The notes beneath the pieces were generated by a model that did no database searches, was not told the DNA's origin, and saw nothing but the letters and a program-made list of their open reading frames with translations. Shown here piece by piece: positions 59,987 through 64,000 of a DNA stretch of 64,000 nucleotides. The DNA is from Eledone cirrhosa. Its lineage: Eukaryota. The stretch is taken from assembly GCA_964016885.1 (NCBI GenBank), contig OZ024748.1:49972001-50036000 (forward strand), in the 5' to 3' direction. Both the position numbers and the translations under genes were made by a program. The stretch's first letter is position 1. Every line of letters starts with the position of its first letter.

Positions 59987-62900
59987 ATGGCCAATATAAG
60001 AGTTGGATGTGTAAACGTACGCGGCCTGGGGATGCCCTGGAAACAGGGCAAACTCTTAAACGACCTCAGGTCGCACAGTATGGATGTCGTAGCCATTTGC
60101 GAGTCCAGGGTCCACAGCGAGCGACAGCTGGCCCCCATCTTCGATGACTTTGAGATCTACGCATCTCTCTGTCAACCGGGTTGTGGGGGCGGAGTTGACG
60201 TTTTGCTGCGGAAACACCTGGGCATCGTAACACAGACGGTACATCTGGACCCGGAGGGTCGACTGGTGGTCCTAGACATTGGCGGTAGTGAAATTGGAGC
60301 CTTCAGGCTGGTGGCTGCATATGCCCCATCCGGGACACCGCGGCCAGACTTCTTCAAACGTCTAGAGTCTTTTCTGGGAACGTCCCGCTTCTTGATTTTA
60401 GTGGGGGACTGGAATGGAATCCTAGATGCACGTTGGGACTATGTGGGAGCATGTCCCGATAAAGGGGGGTGTAAGAGCCTCAAACAGTTAATCGACCGAT
60501 TTGACCTAGCCGATAGATATCGACTAGATTTTTCGACTGTGCCACTGTGGACGTGGACTAATCTCAGCGGAACATCTAGATCGTACCTAGATAGGGTTCT
60601 AGTTAGAAATAAGGATAGGGGCATGTTAAGCTGTCCACAAATGTTCATGGTTGCCTATTCAGATCACAAACTAGTGACCTGCATGGCCAACCTTGATAGA
60701 ACCCATAGACAAGGACCCGGCTACTGGAAGCTGAACTTGTCGTTACCGACAAGCAAAGCCTACAGTAGACGGATTAGCACTTTAGTTAAACAGCACTTGA
60801 CAGGGGCCATTGTCAACAACATATGGTGGTACTCTCTCAAGAGGGCAGTTAGATTAGACTCGTTAGTTTTTAGTAAAGAATTAGCGTTAGATAGAAATAG
60901 AACCGAGAAGGAACTGGTAGATAAAGTAGAAGAGGCAATTAGAAGTGGCAACGTAGCCAGCGTGCTAGCAACGAGAACGGCCTTGGACCAGTTGTTCGAC
61001 GCAAAGCACGAGGGCTGCGTTGTCAGAAGCAAAATACGTGCTCTGGGAAACGAGGGAGCTAAAGCTGTTAGCTGGGCCCGAGTGACGGAGGCAAAAAGTG
61101 GCAACAAGTCCACGATTCGGTCTTTGAAGGACCAAAACGGACGCGTGATACGTGAGCCGAAGCAGATGTGTGCGGCCTTTCAGCGGCACTTTGCTCAACT
61201 GTTCTGGCGGGGCGGCGCGCCGGGAGAAAATATGGATTTCGGTCCATACCTCGACGGCCTACCGCGACTCTCGCACAGCGAGGCAAAGTTCTGCGAAAAG
61301 CCGATTTCAGCCGCTGAGATAGGGGACGCGCTGAGCCAATGCGGCAAACGCAAATCTCCAGGTCTCGACGGTCTACCCTACGAATTTTACGTAGCAATGC
61401 CGGACTTATTCTCCGGTTTCCTGGAAGCGGTCTACTGAACTGGCAACAGAACGGGAGAATTCCCAGTTCTGTAACCGGGGGCGTGGTCACACTAGTCAGG
61501 AAGGACGAGAATAAGGGGGATGACATCGGCAACTTCCAGCCCATAACTCTGCTAAACACAGAGTTACAGATTATGGCCAAGGTGTTGGCAAAGAGGCTGG
61601 CGCTTGTCGTCGAGAACCTGGTGGGAGAAGCGCAGACATGCGCAATCCCGACAGGTCCATACACGACAACCTCCACCTAATGCGATACATCATAGAGAAG
61701 GTAGGGTGTAAACCCGGCTTCGGTGGGGACCTGATCTACTTGGATCAGTCTAAGGCTTTCGATAGAGTTGACCATCGTTACCTGGATGCGGTGCTCGAGG
61801 CGGCAGGCTTCGGACCCGTGTTCAGGGGCTGGATTGCTGCAATGCATAACAGCAACATCTGCTCAAGGGTCAAGGTGAACGGCTACCTCTCGGAGCCATT
61901 CAATATTACGTGATCCATTCGACAGGGATGCCCTCTCTCCTCCCTTCTGTACGTACTGACTCTCGAGCCACTACTGCGGAAGTTGGAGCTATTGCAGGGA
62001 ATCCCTCTGGAACCGGAACTGCGGAAGGCGGCGTCGGCCTACGCCGACGACGTGACAGTAATTGTGTCGAGCGCCTCGCAAATCGAGGAAGTCGGTACCT
62101 TACTGAAGGAATACGAAAGTTTCACAGGAGTGAAGCTGAACCGGGACAAGTCCATCGGTTTGCAACTCGGATCGTGGAGAGGCAAACCGATGGCTTCCGA
62201 TGGCGTCGTCGGACGCTGGACGGAAGGACCGGTAAAACTGCTCGGGGTCTGGTTTGGTCCGGACCTCGAGGTGGAGAAGAACTGGAACGAAGTGACGGCC
62301 AAGGTGTTTGCACTCACCCAGAAGTGGGCCGAGTGTAAACTATCCTTGAAAGGTCGAGCGGAGGTGGCGAACACTTTTATAGCGTCCGCCATCTACTACC
62401 GCTTGACCGTTGTGCCTTGTCCAGCCAAAACGCTCGCCAAAATGGAGCGCGCGCTTTTCCAATTCCTTTGGAAGAGGCGGGCTCCTTTGGTGAGAAGATC
62501 CATCTGCTGCCAACACCCTTCTAACGGAGGGCTGGGGGTGCCATGGTTGACGATGCGCAAACACGCGCTCAGGCTGCGGCATTTCTACGTATTCTTCACC
62601 GGATAACCGGTGTGGGCCCCGTTCGTGAGGCGAGCCTTCCCACGACTCGTCTCGCTGACCGAGCTGCAGTCCTGGGTCAAGCAAACACCGAGGAAAATGG
62701 GCGACTGGCACATGGAATGTGCTCAGGCGCTCACAACCCTCTGGCAGGTTGACCCGGCGATCAGTGGAGACTCCACTTCGTCATTCTATAGAGGGTTGAT
62801 CCGCAGCAAGTGCGACGACGCGCTCGGTGAAACTCTAGGCGTAGAGGAAGATGAACTGGCCAGTCTGTTCGGTAGGACCTTCCGCCCGGGACCGATGGAC

Positions 62901-63422
62901 AACTTCCAAAAGTCCCTGGCCTGGCAGTGCTACCGAGGAGCTCTACCAGTTCGAGACAAGCTCTACAGACATGGGCGCCCGGGTAGGGACCCTGCAAAAA
63001 AGATCTGTCCGAGGTGCGTGCGTAACGAAGAAACCGTCGCGCACGCATTCATACACAGCCCGGGCGTCACTGACCTGTGGGGCTATGTAGAACGACTATT
63101 GTCGCGGGTGAGACCAATCCGGTTGACCACCGAGTCCATTGTCATGATCAAACCGCAACCCTCCTTCAAAAACGAAGGAGAGGCGGTTTTCCTTTGTGTG
63201 ATAGCTATGGCGAAAGAGGTTGTATGGTGGACAAGGTTGAAAGGGCTGAGGTCAGACACCTTTCTCTCCGGCCAACAACTGATTCTTTTTTTCAAATACC
63301 ACTTTGGAAGAAGAATCAGGATGGAGAGTGAGGTGCTGTACCCCAGCAAGTTTTATGAAAGGTGGGTGAAAGTGGCGAGAATGGCTCGAGTGAATGGGCC
63401 TTCTCTCTATATCAGCCTGTAG
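59987..63422 (+). pseudogene. Tx1 ORF2: APE endonuclease + reverse transcriptase + C-terminal zinc finger, disrupted
   Basis: APE motifs (NVRGL, AICES, YAP, GDWN, SYLDRVLV, SDH). RT motifs KSPGLDGLPYEFY, QPITLLN, LDQSKAFDRVDH, IRQGCPLS and YADD (62040-62051). CPRC..EETVAH at the C-terminus. Two frameshifts (~61430, ~61655) and two in-frame stops (TGA 61911, TAA 62604). Confidence 0.93.
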
Positions 63423-63655
63423 GTTGAGGAAAAGGAGGAGGAGAGGAAGGAGTACAAACTCTTCGTACTCCTGGAGATGAGGGTTACACATTTTTTCGGG
63501 GGTATGTGTTAACCATATGAACTGTCTCCCCCTATTGGGGAAAATCGATTAATTTTTTAAATTGCATTTGTGATATTTTACACGTTTTCATTGTATGTAA
63601 ACTTCCCCCTTTGTATTTGTCCCCTTCTTTTGTGCCCCTGTGGCTAATAAAGAAA

Positions 63656-63783
<128 letters not shown>

Positions 63784-64000
63784 CAAATTATGATTTTGGT
63801 TTGACATCTCTGATTTATTTTGCTCTTTCTATTCAGTGAATATATTTTCTCTTTTAAGTCTTTCTTTATTTTTAACCCTGAAGATACACCACAACAAGCC
63901 ACACTGGTCCATTTAACATATTTATATTTATAGATTAAATACATAAATAATATACAGAAATTATAAGCCTCCACAGATGAATTTGAATTTAGTTAGGAAA

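Noticed and set aside
58096-63491. Antisense and alternative-frame ORFs within the Tx1 element
   Set aside because: Shadow ORFs of a GC-rich or low-complexity coding region, with no independent motifs.

Overview
AT-rich, microsatellite-saturated eukaryotic non-coding DNA. The repeat landscape looks cephalopod/Octopus-like (inference only). No host protein-coding gene can be supported, and almost all ORF-track entries are translations of (TA)n/(CA)n/(TC)n/(ACT)n/(ACC)n tracts. Recognisable elements: a near full-length but inactivated Tx1-clade L1 retrotransposon inside a (TC)n tract (58016-63657), two R4/Dong-like RLE retrotransposon 3' fragments, a decayed mariner transposase, and three tRNA-derived SINE families. 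The main unexplained structure is a dense community of 100-600 bp inserts, mostly embedded in (TA)n tracts. They carry about 20 Type I hammerhead ribozyme motifs (read by eye) in several sequence families. These show covarying stems, palindromic stem III, U3-A8 core variants, a recurrent C-C mismatch in stem II, a shared downstream GTCGAGTGCT box, long inverted arms and breakpoints fixed at TA microhomologies. This fits Penelope-like pLTR / retrozyme-type non-autonomous retroelements that use TA microsatellites as their niche. All coordinates were counted manually and may be off by a few bases. No database search or folding program was run.
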